Of a DNA stretch of 64,000 nucleotides, positions 12,685 through 24,660 are shown in pieces (the first letter of the stretch is position 1; each line of letters begins with the position of its first letter). The DNA lies in assembly GCF_036321535.1 (NCBI RefSeq), contig NC_087447.1:40736001-40800000 (forward strand), read 5' to 3'. The notes under the pieces are model-generated. The model was given only the letters and a program-made list of their open reading frames with translations. It was not told where the DNA came from and searched no databases. Source of the stretch: Camelus dromedarius. Lineage: Eukaryota. The position numbers and the translations under genes are program-made.

Positions 12685-12925
12685 CAGCAGCTAAGAGAAC
12701 GCACCTCGGTGCCAGATTGCCTGAGTCTGAATCTCGCTCTACCATTTGTTCCCTGTGTGACGTGAGGCAGGTTAATTAACCACTCTGTGCCTTACTTTTC
12801 TCATCTGTAAAATGGAGGAGATAATCATCTCCCCTATCATAGCTTCTTGTGAGGAGTAAATGAGAAGATCTTTTCAAAGCTTTCAAAACACACAGTGCCT
12901 GCTGGCCACGTAGTAAAGCTTTAGG
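12685..12925 (+). mobile_element. MIR SINE (near full length)
   Basis: gccagattgcctgagtctgaatctcgctctaccattt...tctcatctgtaaaatggaggagataat...cacagtgcctg. Confidence 0.9.
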
Positions 12926-15900
12926 AGTGTTTGTTAAAACATCGCTCAAGAACACTGGCCCAGGGGCACTCTCCAGGGGCACTCTCCAGGGGCCCACCCT
13001 CCTGAGAGGAAGGACTCATTGGTGGCCTCTCACAGTCCTTACTGCCCCTTGGTCTTGGCCACCACCTTTGGCAGCTCCTGACTGGTGCTTGGCTGGCAGC
13101 CCTGCCCCGGTTCTCTCCTAGGATATAAAGGCCCATCCCTGGAGGGCACTGGGGACCATTGCTGGCCCTTGCACAGTGGGCAGGGCCCATCCTTACCCAC
13201 AAACTCTAATGCCCCCAGGAGGGAGAGCATTGCTGAGTGGGCTCCCAGGCTGCTGCTGATCCCAGGGAGACCCAGTTTGATGGTTGGGTTACCATCCTCC
13301 TTCCTAAGGTTTTTCCTGCACACAGGGAGGGCTGGGGCTGAGACACACAGAAATGGGAAGTACATGGAATGTGCTGATGATGGTGGGACCAACCGTGAGA
13401 GATTCCCCCAAGGGGAAGAGGAAACACAGTCATGGGGAGTGAAAACAACATGTGATTCAGGGTTGGCCCATGTGGCCCTTTGTGGGAATCACAGAATGGG
13501 TTCCTGGCCTGGGAGAGTCCCCTTGCCCCTCCACAACCACTCCTCACCTTTCTCCATGATACCCTGGGTTGTAGGAGACTGACCTCTGTGGACTGCATCA
13601 AACAGGCTTCCTTGCCTCTGGCTCCCAGGTGGGTGTGGCCAGTGGGTGGCAGCATCAGGGAGCCTTGGCAGGGACTGGGGCATTTCCTCTCCAAGCCTCC
13701 TCCTGCAGGGAGTATCGTGGCTGCATTCTTCCCCTTTTCCCACAGCCGCAGCTCCTGCTCTATTCTGTGAGGACGCCCTCCCCTCACCCCCTCCAGCCTG
13801 AGTCTGAAATAGCCCCCTTCTCACTAGCCCAGGCTGCCTCCAGCCCTTGTTGATTCCCCTCAACTTGCCCACCTTTGTGAATGGTTCCTTATTAAACTCT
13901 CTTAGCTAGTCTCCTGCAGGCCCCTGACTGATGCTCACCCTCCTGGGCCCTTGGCTGACAAGCAGGTGTGGGCTGGATTGCAACCTCCCCTCCATCCCCA
14001 GGGGTGCATGTGCAGGGCACAGTCTGTACAATGGCACATGGCAGTGCCTGGTGGGCTCCAGGGAACATCTTTGTTCCCTGTGTGGAGCTTCCCATCCATG
14101 GCCAGTAGCAGAAAATCTGAATTTGGTTTCATCGAGGAAGCTGGTAGGATCTTTATAGCTGCTACAGCAGTGTCCTGAGGGAGGGAGTGAGACAGAAGAA
14201 GCCTTGCAGTGCTGGTGCAGCCAGAGCCAGGAGGGCAGGCGCTGGGATGTTCTGAGGGACGTGACCCTATACCAGTTTTTTCCTGGTCTGTGTCTAGAGG
14301 AGCTGATGGGTCCAGGGCTCCCTCCCCATCTCAGATGACTAATGCTGGACAATTGATCTACTGGTTCTAACTTATCTCTCAACTAGACTAGACTCCTTTC
14401 CTAATGAAAGGTCACAGATCACAGTGTCCTTAAATCCGTCCTAGTCTATGTCCTTGTGTTTTCAAGAAGTTGCTTCTCTCTACCTTCAGCTTTGTGGGAA
14501 GACCAAGAGCTGCTCTGCCCGTCTCAGTTTACATGTCTGAATCTGGTTTATGCTAGGCTTTAGCCCCCGATTTTTAAGTGGAAAACCAACCTTTGTGATC
14601 ATGACACCCAAAGACCTATCATCTCCACTAGGGAAGGATTCAGAGCAGTGGAAAAGCCCTGGAAATCCCAGATCCAATTAATAATTCCATAAGACAGTTC
14701 ATTAAAATGCACAAGTGCTTAACTAAACAAAACCATAATCGAAGTTGTCAGAAGTGATCCACGGTTGTGTTAGAATTTTCTCATTCACACATCATTTCCT
14801 CTACAATTTACTTAGATAACAAACACCTCTTATCCCGTCACTGGCTTTTTCAGCCATGACATGCCGTCTGTACTGGGCTAATGGCAGACAAAGGGCTTTT
14901 GGCTGGTTGGTGAGAGGGGTCCCAGCTTGGGAATAGGCAGGGCTGTGTGCACCCAAGTCCAAAGAACCTGGCGTCCCGTGGCTCCTGGGAAGCTCTCTGG
15001 AGCCCGGCTTTGTGGCTGAGAATGGCGTCCTTCTACTGGTGCCTTCAGGGCTCTGCCACCTGGGGGACTGCTGGAGGGAGACCGCCCTTCAGAGCAGAGC
15101 CCGTTCCACCAGGCCAGAGTGGGCCCTGGGCATGGGGAAGCCTGCTTCTCCCAGGATTCCTGACACTCCAGCACGACTGCGTCACTCCTTTAGCTGAAGC
15201 TGGTAATAATGGGAAAGTGCAGCTCCTTTTCCTGAGAGTCTCATTCTGGAGGGTCATCAGCATTCTCACTGTGGTTGGAGTAGTTTGTCAAGCCTTCTTC
15301 TGAGCAGGTTTTGATGCTCTGGGGCTAGGGGCAGGAATCACAGGGGATGAGAAGAGGGGACCGTGGGTGGCTCAGCGGGGCAGTCCCCGGGTTGTGACTG
15401 AGGGTTGTGCCAGGAGCTCTGTTGCTGTCAACCTCATCCAGGTAGCCAGTCTTTTACCAGGGGACAGAGAAAGGAGTGGCTGCTCCTTTTCAAATGCTGT
15501 TTAGGACAGGCCAGACCAGGGATGCGGGGCTGCGTGTGAGCGTCCCTTGGCCTTTGGTTATCTGAGGATGACTAAAACACCACACATATTCCTCTTAATT
15601 GACTGCAGTAAACCCATGTGTGTTCATGGAGGGCTTTATGTATTTGTGTAGACCCTCTCTTTTCCCTCCTTATTTCTCCCAGGGTGGGAAAGGGCATTCT
15701 CAGCACAGTCATGAAAAGCTGGTGGTGCTGAGCAGGGCAGAGAATCCCAGGAGGTTTGGGTGGGTGGAGCCGCATCTCAGATCTCACTTAGGCTGTCTGG
15801 TTGCCCCTGGACCACAGTGACCTCCACGTGGCCTGTTTCACAGAGCTGACCTCGTCCAGACATGTAGCTGGGTCAGCGAACACCAGCCACGGCCTTGGTG

Positions 15901-16569
15901 TCTCTCTTAGCTCTAGGCCATCCACATGCTGCAGAGGAAGTAGGGACACCCACCGTTTACAGGGGGCCATGCTCAGTTACGTGTAGCCCCATGACATCCC
16001 CGCAGGGTGGGCCTGGTTATCAACAGGACGTGGAGACTCGGAGAAGTCAGGTGACTTCGCTGGGGTTGCTTAGTGCAGAGCTGAGAATGTAAGTCCAGGC
16101 CCCCTTTCCTTCAACAGTTGGGGATGGGGCTACTTGGAAGAAATTCCACGTGACTTTTCAAGGTGTAAGACACTTGCTTTTCAGTGTTTTACCTTGTACA
16201 GAATGGCCTGGCCCCCTGGCCCTGTGCTTTCTTCCCTTGCAAATTTGGTCCACTTAGCAGCTCTGTGGCCACCCCGGGCTGAGTGGGGGCAAAAAGGGTC
16301 TATCTCACCACCGGCCCCGCTCAGACTTGCGACCCAGCCCTTCTGCCTGGACTCCTTCCCTGTCTGCCCTGCTCTTCAGAGCCCTCGCCCTGTCCTCATC
16401 CTTCTGGAGACCATGGCCCCAGTTCCCGAGTTCCCAGGTGCTTGCCTGCTGTTCCTTTCAGAAGCCACAGCTCCTCTGTGTCTATGTCCAGCACACCTGG
16501 CCTGGGCCTGGGCTTGAGGAGGAAGTCTGGCCCTCTGCTCTGCTGGGCACCTGGCTGGGGGGGCTCCTC

Positions 16570-16980
16570 TGTGCCCCGTCTCTCGCCCTCACTCCCAGCC
16601 ACCGCGCCTTTCCCTGCTCCTCCATCACGCCCAGCACTCTGCCTTCCTCCCCCGGGGTCTCTGCACCCGCTGTTCCCGCTGGCTGGAATGCTCTTCCTTC
16701 CCCATAGCTGGGGGCTCCCTCCCAGCTTCCTCATTTCCCTCAGGTCTTTGCTCAGGTTTGGCCTTGCCAAAAAGGCCTTCCCTGACCACCTTCAACAAAC
16801 AGCCACCGGCCTGGCACTCTCCATCTCCCTTTCCCTGTTTCATTTTTCTCAATGGCGCTCATCTCAGGCATCTTCTCTTTGTTTCTGTGTTTGGTAATGC
16901 TGAGAGACACAGAGGCACTGCCTGCTAGAGTGTCAGCTATGTGAGGTTGGGGGCTGTGTGGGTTTATTTGCTGTGTCTGG
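16570..16980 (+). mobile_element. L2 LINE 3' fragment
   Basis: gctgttcccgctggctggaatgctcttcc...caggtctttgctcagg...aggccttccctgaccacc. Confidence 0.7.
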
Positions 16981-17429
16981 GAGGGAGGTTGCCTATGGAA
17001 AGAGCAGGGGACTTGGGGGCAGACAGCGACTGAGGTTCCAAACCTGCCTCTGCCACTTACAGGTGTGTGACCTCAAGTATATCCCAACCTCCCGAACGTA
17101 GGACCAGTGGCTTGGGGCCACAGCCAGATTAGTGACAAGCAATGGAAAACGTGAAATTTCAGACTTAGAAAACAGGTTTTCTGTGTGATTGCTCTTCCCC
17201 TTACCCACACTCAGAAATACCAAGATTGGTGACCCTTAAGCCATAAGGGAGGCCTGCCACCCACTGTCACTGCAAAAGCAGCGCCCAGGGAAGCTCCTTC
17301 CTCGCATGGTTTCAGGATGCTGCTGCGTAAAGGACTGAGCCCCGGTCATTCCCAGTGGGGAGTCTCGGCCTGCAAGTCAGAGGCCATTTCCCTGATGTGT
17401 TAGCCCAGGGAGGGCAACTGCAGGTATGA

Positions 17430-17560
17430 GTGTGGAGTTCCAGAAACCCAACCCTGGTTCAAACCCAGGCTCCAAATTACTTCCTACATAACCCTAAGGT
17501 GACAAGTGACTTCACATCTCTGAGCCTCAGTTCTCCTGTCTGTAAAATGGGAATGACCAG
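17430..17560 (+). mobile_element. MIR SINE
   Basis: ggttcaaacccaggctcc...tctctgagcctcagttctcctgtctgtaaaatggg. Confidence 0.8.
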
Positions 17561-18309
17561 GTGAGTTGGGTCCAGGATTCTCTTTAACTGAAGGTGTTTT
17601 AGAAAACTTTCCTGTTCTGACCCCTTCCTCTGTGATCACAAAGGGTCCCCTTCACTCTCAGTGACCTCCTGCCTCTTGGGTCCAGTCCTTGGAGTCTGAG
17701 CCATCCAGAGTCTGAGCTGTCCACTGACCCTTTGCTTCATCTTCCGTCTGGGACCCATTCAAACTTGGTGCTTTTTTCTGGAAGTCCCATCAGAATCGGT
17801 CAAGTGGGATCCTGTAACTGCCTCAAAACACATTTTCAGTCCCACTTACAACAAAAGAACAAGCTTTAAAGCTCCACAAAAAATAAATTATGTTCCCTGT
17901 GAGCAATCCCAGAAGAAATGTCACTGGAGACATAAGCTGTTTTACCGTGACCTATGTGGACGTCCCAGGAAACCTGACTTCCCATTCCTTACAGCCCTCT
18001 TGCCCCTTGTCTCAAACAAAACAGATTAGATTGTTTGAGAAGCAGGAGCTTGAGGCTTGGCAGAGAAGACAAAACGTGTTGGTAAGGCAGTGGGGGAGGC
18101 GGCTTGACTTTAGGGGAAACCCAGTTTCATCAGTTTTCTCGCCCAAGTTCTCCCCGAGATGCGCCAGTCACCAGCCTCTCGTAGGATGTGGGAGGACAAA
18201 AGACGTTGTGCTTTGGCCAATGGAGGGTTTAAAAAGCCAGAGTCAGATTTTTTACTCAAATGATTCCACCAGAAGTTGTATAGAATAAAGCAAAGGACAG
18301 AAAAACAAT

Positions 18310-18545
18310 AGATGGGTATTGAGCACCTTTGATGTGCCAGGCACGCAGCTAATTCCTTGTCTTCAACCTCTCTTTTATTGCTCCCAAACAATAGGGAGGT
18401 TCTGATTCCATATTACAGAAGAGAAAATTGAGGCTCAGAGACATGAAGTGCCTTCCTTAAGGTCACACGGGGAGTAAGCACTGGTGTCTGGACCTGAACT
18501 TGAGCCCAAATGTCAGTGATTCCAAACTATATGCTCTTCCCCCTC
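18310..18545 (-). mobile_element. MIR SINE
   Basis: tattgagcacc...tgtgccaggcac...ttacagaagagaaaattgaggctcagagac...aaggtcacac. Confidence 0.85.
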
Positions 18546-19569
18546 ATCAAGCAGACCCTTTCTTCTCCATTGTATTTCTGTGGTCCAGAGGGGAGGGGTG
18601 CCTGTTGTTCTGCGGTCTTTCTGCTGGGAAATATGCGTGAAGTCTCATGTATACTTAAGGCACATTGCCCTTTCTGTTTTTATACCTGGGATGTATAAAG
18701 ACACATGCAGACACATACACACACCATGAACCCCCCTACTCCACCATGCACCCCCCTACTCCACCATGCACACACGCACCTGATTGATGAGTGGAGTTGC
18801 CTACATTCTGGGACTTTATCGAGAGGTGTCCTTTTTCTAGTCAGCACACCTGTGTCCTGATTGCTTTGATGGATGGGCTAAGAGAGTAGCCAGGAGTGGA
18901 TGATACCACTGGGTTAAGGCATATAATGAGCCTAGACTTCAGGGTCTGCCACACACTCCGCAGCACCTTCTAGTCACACAGTCCCTACACAAAGTGCCTA
19001 CTGGGATAAAGACCCTGTCACTTAAATTATGTTGCGGGAGGTCTGAGCTGGGCTGAGCCATCCCGAGGAAATAGCTAATTTGCTGTCACTGCACTGGACT
19101 CAGAAAGAACGCATGTATATCCCCTCACACAGACTTCCCACTGCACCCCTCTCATCCCAAACTCCTGGTCCCTCTCAGAATGAGGAATTTCCACAGCACT
19201 GGGGTGCTTCCCTCCATCACTGAGTGAAACCCAGAGAAAATGCCTGTGCGTGACAGAGCGCCATGACCTACTCCCACAGAGACAACAGTCTGTCCTGCTG
19301 GCAGATCTGGGTCAGGCAGTCTGACAGCTGTGACAGGGATCGAGCGTGCCCGGCCACGAGACAGACAGCCCTCCGTGCTGTGTGTAAGGTCACATGCCAC
19401 TCGGCCCCAGGGTTGTATTTACTCTCTACTCCTGCCCGGGAGATGGAGCTCAGCCCTGACCCCACAGGGACAGAAGGTTTCAGATGGAAAAATTGCCGTC
19501 TGCTTTGGTGACTTTAAGGAAGAAGTTTGCTAAGAACCCAGCGTTGCTAGGTTACTGGGAAGATTTAAA

Positions 19570-19795
19570 AACAGGATTCTTAACCTGGACTTTATGGATA
19601 AGGCTTTTGAGAATATGTAAACATGCAAAAATTATGGAAATAATTCTGTGTTTATATATGGGTATATATGCACACACATATATGCATACATACATACGTG
19701 TGTGCGCGCGCGCGCGCACATTTTTAGAGAAGCTCGTCCAACCCTTTTCTCAGATTTTCTAAGGGGTGTGTGCCCAAAACAGAAGAACTGTTGCA
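19570..19795. mobile_element. hAT-Charlie MITE (MER112/MER113-like) with internal RY microsatellite
   Basis: caggattcttaacctgg start; tcagattttctaaggggtgtgtgcccaaaacagaagaactgttg end. Confidence 0.55.
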
Positions 19796-21679
19796 TTAGC
19801 ATAACTAGAGGCCGGCAGGGTCTCCCAGGATGGGGACCTGCTCTGGTGATCACATGTGCAGGGTTCTGCTCTGTCCACCTTAGGGCACTGGCTCAGCTGT
19901 GCCTCAGTGGTGGCTGTGGAGGACAGAGCAACCTCAGGCTGGAGCTTTGTGCAGACCAGTTTGTGAGGTTTGAGACCAGGGCCCGGTGGCAGGGTTATTA
20001 AGTAGCTTTGAGGAGCCCTCCCTGTGTGAAGCTGGGCAGCTGGTCCCTCCAGTCTTCAGCAGATTCCTTGGCTGGAATTTTGAGATTTGGTCCCTGAACG
20101 TGGTTCTTGGACACTTCAGTGCCACATTCCTAGCGGGAAACCTTATAAGTCGCAGCGAACAGCAGCCTGTTTTCAGAATCCCTGGGAGAGAAGGCCCTCA
20201 GCTGCAGCCTGTCCCTCCTCTGCATCACCTGGCAGACCCTGCGTCTCTGGCAGAGGTCATGTGGAAGGTGATGCCAGCTGCACAGCCTCCGCAGAGGCAA
20301 GGGCGCCGGCTGTGTCTGCGGAAACTGCACTGGGCCGGGCTGCTTGGGCCCTGTCTACACGGTGGAGTGATGGTGGCGAGTTAGAGGCTGCAGACCACTG
20401 TCTGGGGCAGCCACCTGCAGCCTGACGGATGACTCTTCCCCTAAGGGTGGAGCCCTGTGGGCACATGTGCAGGACTGGGTCCCAGGACTGTCCACCACCA
20501 AAGGCTGTCTTTGAAGTGATGTTGCCATGTGCTCGACCCTGAGATTTGCCATGGGGCCACAGAGATGCCCCTTCACTGAAAAAAGACCACAGCCTAGAAG
20601 AAGAGACAGATGGACCAGCAGGTCCCACTGGCTGGTGTGACATTAGCTGGGGAAGTCCCCATGGGCAGGCACTTCATCTCTATTTCTTGCATTGGGCCCA
20701 GAGTCAGATCCTGGAAATGTGTCATTAAATAGAAGGATGCCTTGCGTATAGTTAGTGCTCAAAGGCATTTTCTGTGTTCCCAGCGCCTGGTATAAGGCGT
20801 GGTGATTAGTTATACTCGCAGAAGGTTTACAGAGCGACCTGAATAGAGGTAGGAACATGGGGAGACTTCACTGAAGAGGAGACACAGAGCAGGGAGCTCT
20901 CGCTATTCCCCTGTTTCATATTTAATGCTCCTTACCTGTCCGTCGCGGAGGGCCTCTGGGAGAGCACACGAAGACAAGAGACATTAAAGTGCTTTGTGCA
21001 TTTTGATGCTCGGCGAAACACTGGCTGCCCTTAAAAGTGATTTTTCCAGTGTGGGAATTTCAAAGCCCCTCATCCCACATTGCCTTGTTTATTCTTGATG
21101 CTTCAGGTGCTTCCGCATCATCTCTGAGACTTGGTTGTAATGCTCCTCTGGGGCAGGAGCTGGGTCTGCCCTCGTGTTGAATTTCCCAGGCCATGGCTGT
21201 CATAGGGTAGGCACTTGACTGGTATTCACAGGGCCACAGTAGGGGGTCCGGAGGGTTCAGATGCTGTAACCAAGAACCCAAGGGATGTGCTAGTAGGCCT
21301 TGCCTCCAGGATGCTTCCCAAAGGACATGACTACCTGGGCTGTGTCTTATATGAATATACCTTCTGAGTGGTGCTGGGTGGCCCCAAACATAGGCAAAGA
21401 AGTGAGCCTGCACTCCAGATGTCATCACAGAGTGCTCCATTTTAAACAGAGGGTGGAGCAGTCCTTGTGCGGACCACAGGCCAGTGAAGGTCTTGAATTC
21501 AAATGTGTAAGCCTGTGGCCAGAGGTCCATGGCCATTCTTTGCTCGCTGACATGGTTAGCCACAGAGGGCCTTGGCCTCTTGGAATGAGCTGTGCCTAGG
21601 GGGAGCAGCATAGCAGAATGGAGGAAAGTCATTCTATCTTCAGAGGAGCAAGACCATTGCTGTAACTCCCAGTTTTCTC

Positions 21680-22450
21680 TCAGTCATCTAGTAACTGCTT
21701 ATTGAGCAGTTACCATGCATGGCACACTATACGGGGCCTGCAGCTAGGGAAGAAATGACATGAATTCTGTTCTTGGAGTTTTCAGCCAGGGCTAGATTAA
21801 GATATATGGGGCCCTAAGAATTATAGTGCTCCCTTCCCTTCTCTCCCATATGTAATTCAAAATAAAAATATATTAAATTATAAATATTTATGAGGAATCC
21901 CAGCCAGTTCTAATTTTTCTCATGATAACTACTTAAATGCTTAATTTTTTTTTAGATATCAAATTTTCTCAAAAATATTTTGGTACTCAAATGTCATTGA
22001 TGTTCTGAACACATGCTCAGGCTGCTGTTCAGAAACCCCAGCCTTATGGGGTTTCTGCAACTTATGGGGAGATAAGACACACAGAGAATAATACCATGTA
22101 CCACGCGCCCTCATTTCACAGACTAAGAGAACTCAGAGAAGGAGGAGGTTACTTCCTTTGCAACAAATGCTTGTGGGAGAGCAAAAACTTGACCTTCGCC
22201 TTCAAAGTTAAGCTGGGTTTGCAAATTCTCTGATGGAGATTAGAACATCCAAGACAAAGGAATAAGAATGAGCAAAGAAAGAACATGGGGGTACATAAGA
22301 AGAGGAAAGCTCACTTTGCTGGGGATGTGGAGGGAGTCGTGGGAGAGAGGATGCCTGGTGTGCCCAGATCCTGGAGGGCCTTGAGTGCCAGGGTAAGGAG
22401 TTTGAGTGGTATTAGGTAGTTCTTGGGAGCCACTGAAGGTTTCTGAGCCT
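21680..22450 (-). mobile_element. L2 3' end, apparently interrupted by an AT-rich DNA-transposon-like insert (about 21787-22040)
   Basis: ttattgagcagttaccatgcatggcac; gagggccttgagtgccagggtaaggagtttg...gggagccactgaaggtttctgagc; insert begins cagggctagattaagatatatggggccc. Confidence 0.55.
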
Positions 22451-22784
22451 CCGCTGTTGTAGACCAGTTTTCACCTTCAGGATATTCAGAACCACCCTTG
22501 CATTGCATTTCAGAGTATCCACAGTGATGAAGTGATGTCAGAGTAATTGAGTATTGGTAATTGCTTTCACTGTGCTTTGGTGTAATGCGTTTTTTAAATG
22601 GAGTTCTATCCTGTAAGTGCATCTATAGGGAAAAAGTGCCAAAGGCTTCATTATCATTAACCAGTGCCAAATGGGATTTACGGAGATAGTGAGTGAATGA
22701 GAACCCTGCCTTTGTCCTCCCATTACTGCTCAAATCTGTTAGGGAGAGATCACAATAATTGCAGTGATTAAAAAATAACAACAA

Positions 22785-23530
22785 TTTGTGGCAGCAGATA
22801 TCTACGTGGCCTCAAAGTTACACCCCACATGTTACTTATTAATTACAAAGGAGCGAAGTAATTTTACAATGAAGAAATATGGCAGATACCACCTTCAGCA
22901 AGTGATCACACTTAGCATTACCAAGAATGGGACAAACGTGGCCTTTGATGGAGTGCAATGGGAAGGACACAACATCCCTTACGTAGTACTCTTGCCAAAA
23001 ATTGACCTGAATGTAATAAAGAGACTTAATCAGAAGCATTCACATTGTGAGATAGCCTTCAAATCAAATAGCATAGAGTCTAAAACTATCAGGGCTTTGA
23101 AAGAAAAAAAAAGGGTGTGTGTGTGTGTGGAGGGACTGTATTAGACCAAAAAGAGACCAAAAAGATATGACAACCAAATGCAATGCTTGATCTCTAATTG
23201 GATCATGAATTGTAAAAAGCAACAAGAGCTATAAAGGACTTTATTGGGATAATTGGGAAAATTTGAATACAGAATGTATGTTGGATAATAGTGCATTCTA
23301 TCAGTATTAAATTTCTTGTGTATGACAATGGCATTATATTAATGTACGAGAATGCCTAATACTCAGGTGTTAATTGATGCTGTATTTAGAGGTGGAGTAA
23401 CAGAGAGGGAGTGTGAACAATGTGGTAAGATGTTAACAATTGATAAATCTAGATGATGGCTATATAGATATTCATTGTGCTACTCTTTCAATTTTTCTAT
23501 AAGTTTAAGATTTTTCAAATTTAAACCTTA
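22785..23530 (+). mobile_element. Old L1MC-type 3' UTR
   Basis: ttacttattaattacaaagg...ggcagataccacctt...gacaaccaaatgcaatg...ttcattgtgctactctttcaatttttct. Confidence 0.8.
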
Positions 23531-24419
23531 AAACAAAGCAACAGCAATTCCGTGTGTAGCAATAATGGACAATGTATGTTCTTAGAAGTGTGATCTCAAA
23601 TTGGCATGAAGTTAATTTTACATGTTGTAAAGCTACTCCGGACCAAATGGACATATTTTCCCTTGCTTAATAAGAAATGTGTGTTATAAGGTGTTTGCAA
23701 AATGAATTTTTATAGTTGATCCTATTTTCTTATTGATTTTCATCGCAAAAAATGGAGAGTAATTGAGGTGAAAATGTTTGCTAAGGGAAAGGTTTCCCAA
23801 GAACCGCTGTTCTGTGGGATCCCAGGGTGTTCGTACGAGTGTTTCAAGGCTCTGTGGAAATTTTCTTGATTATACGCTTAGCTTCTCTTAGTGTTCCTTC
23901 CCTTTACTCTTGCTAAGATAATGTGTTCTGCCGTGCTTGGAGATCTCTAATCTAGCACCTCCCATTGATTCACACCCTCTGGGAAATTATTCCTAGCTGT
24001 TGTCCCCTCTCACAGTGTCTAGTAGGACTAGGCTGCCATGCCACATTTTTCCAGTAGGCGTCACTGATCAACAACTTTAAAATTCTCTGTCTGCTACTGC
24101 AGGACCTAAAAAATACATTAGTATCAATTATCAATTCTGTGAACTAAAATTCAATTAAGATGCTTAATTAAAACCAAAGATTGCTTTTAGAGAAATTGCA
24201 GTAATTTACATTGCACCCCTAGTTAACTCCAGGAGATGAGTGTAGCTGCCATGTAGGACATGCAGTTCTTTTGTCCACAGTGTCTTGGGGCAGATGGAGG
24301 CAAAGGTCCAGCATGCGGAGAAACTAGTAGAATCAGGAAGGTGCTTTTTACATTTTTGTTGTGTGTGTGTGTGTGTCCACAACAGCACCATCATTACTTA
24401 TTATCATTCCTGCTGCTAG

Positions 24420-24660
24420 TTACTGCTACTTTTACTGCTATTGACTCTCCATTGCATGCCAGATACTGCATTAGGTACTTTACAGTTGTATGTGTAATCT
24501 TCAGAAAAAACCAATGAAGTGAATGTGCTTCTTTACATTTTACAAGTATAGAAACCGAGGCTCAAAGAGGCTAAGTAACTTGCCACAGTCATTCAGTTTG
24601 AGGCAAATAAATGACCAGGATTTAAACCCTGCCCATCTGACTATAAAGCCTGGGCTCTTT
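24420..24660 (-). mobile_element. MIR SINE
   Basis: gaaaccgaggctcaaagaggctaagtaacttgcc...ggatttaaaccc. Confidence 0.8.

Noticed and set aside
16283..16897. Longest listed ORF (204 aa)
   Set aside because: Low-complexity, and its 3' half overlaps an L2 fragment; no recognisable protein
22788..23144. 118-aa ORF as an L1 protein
   Set aside because: It lies in L1MC 3' UTR-type sequence and has no endonuclease or RT motifs
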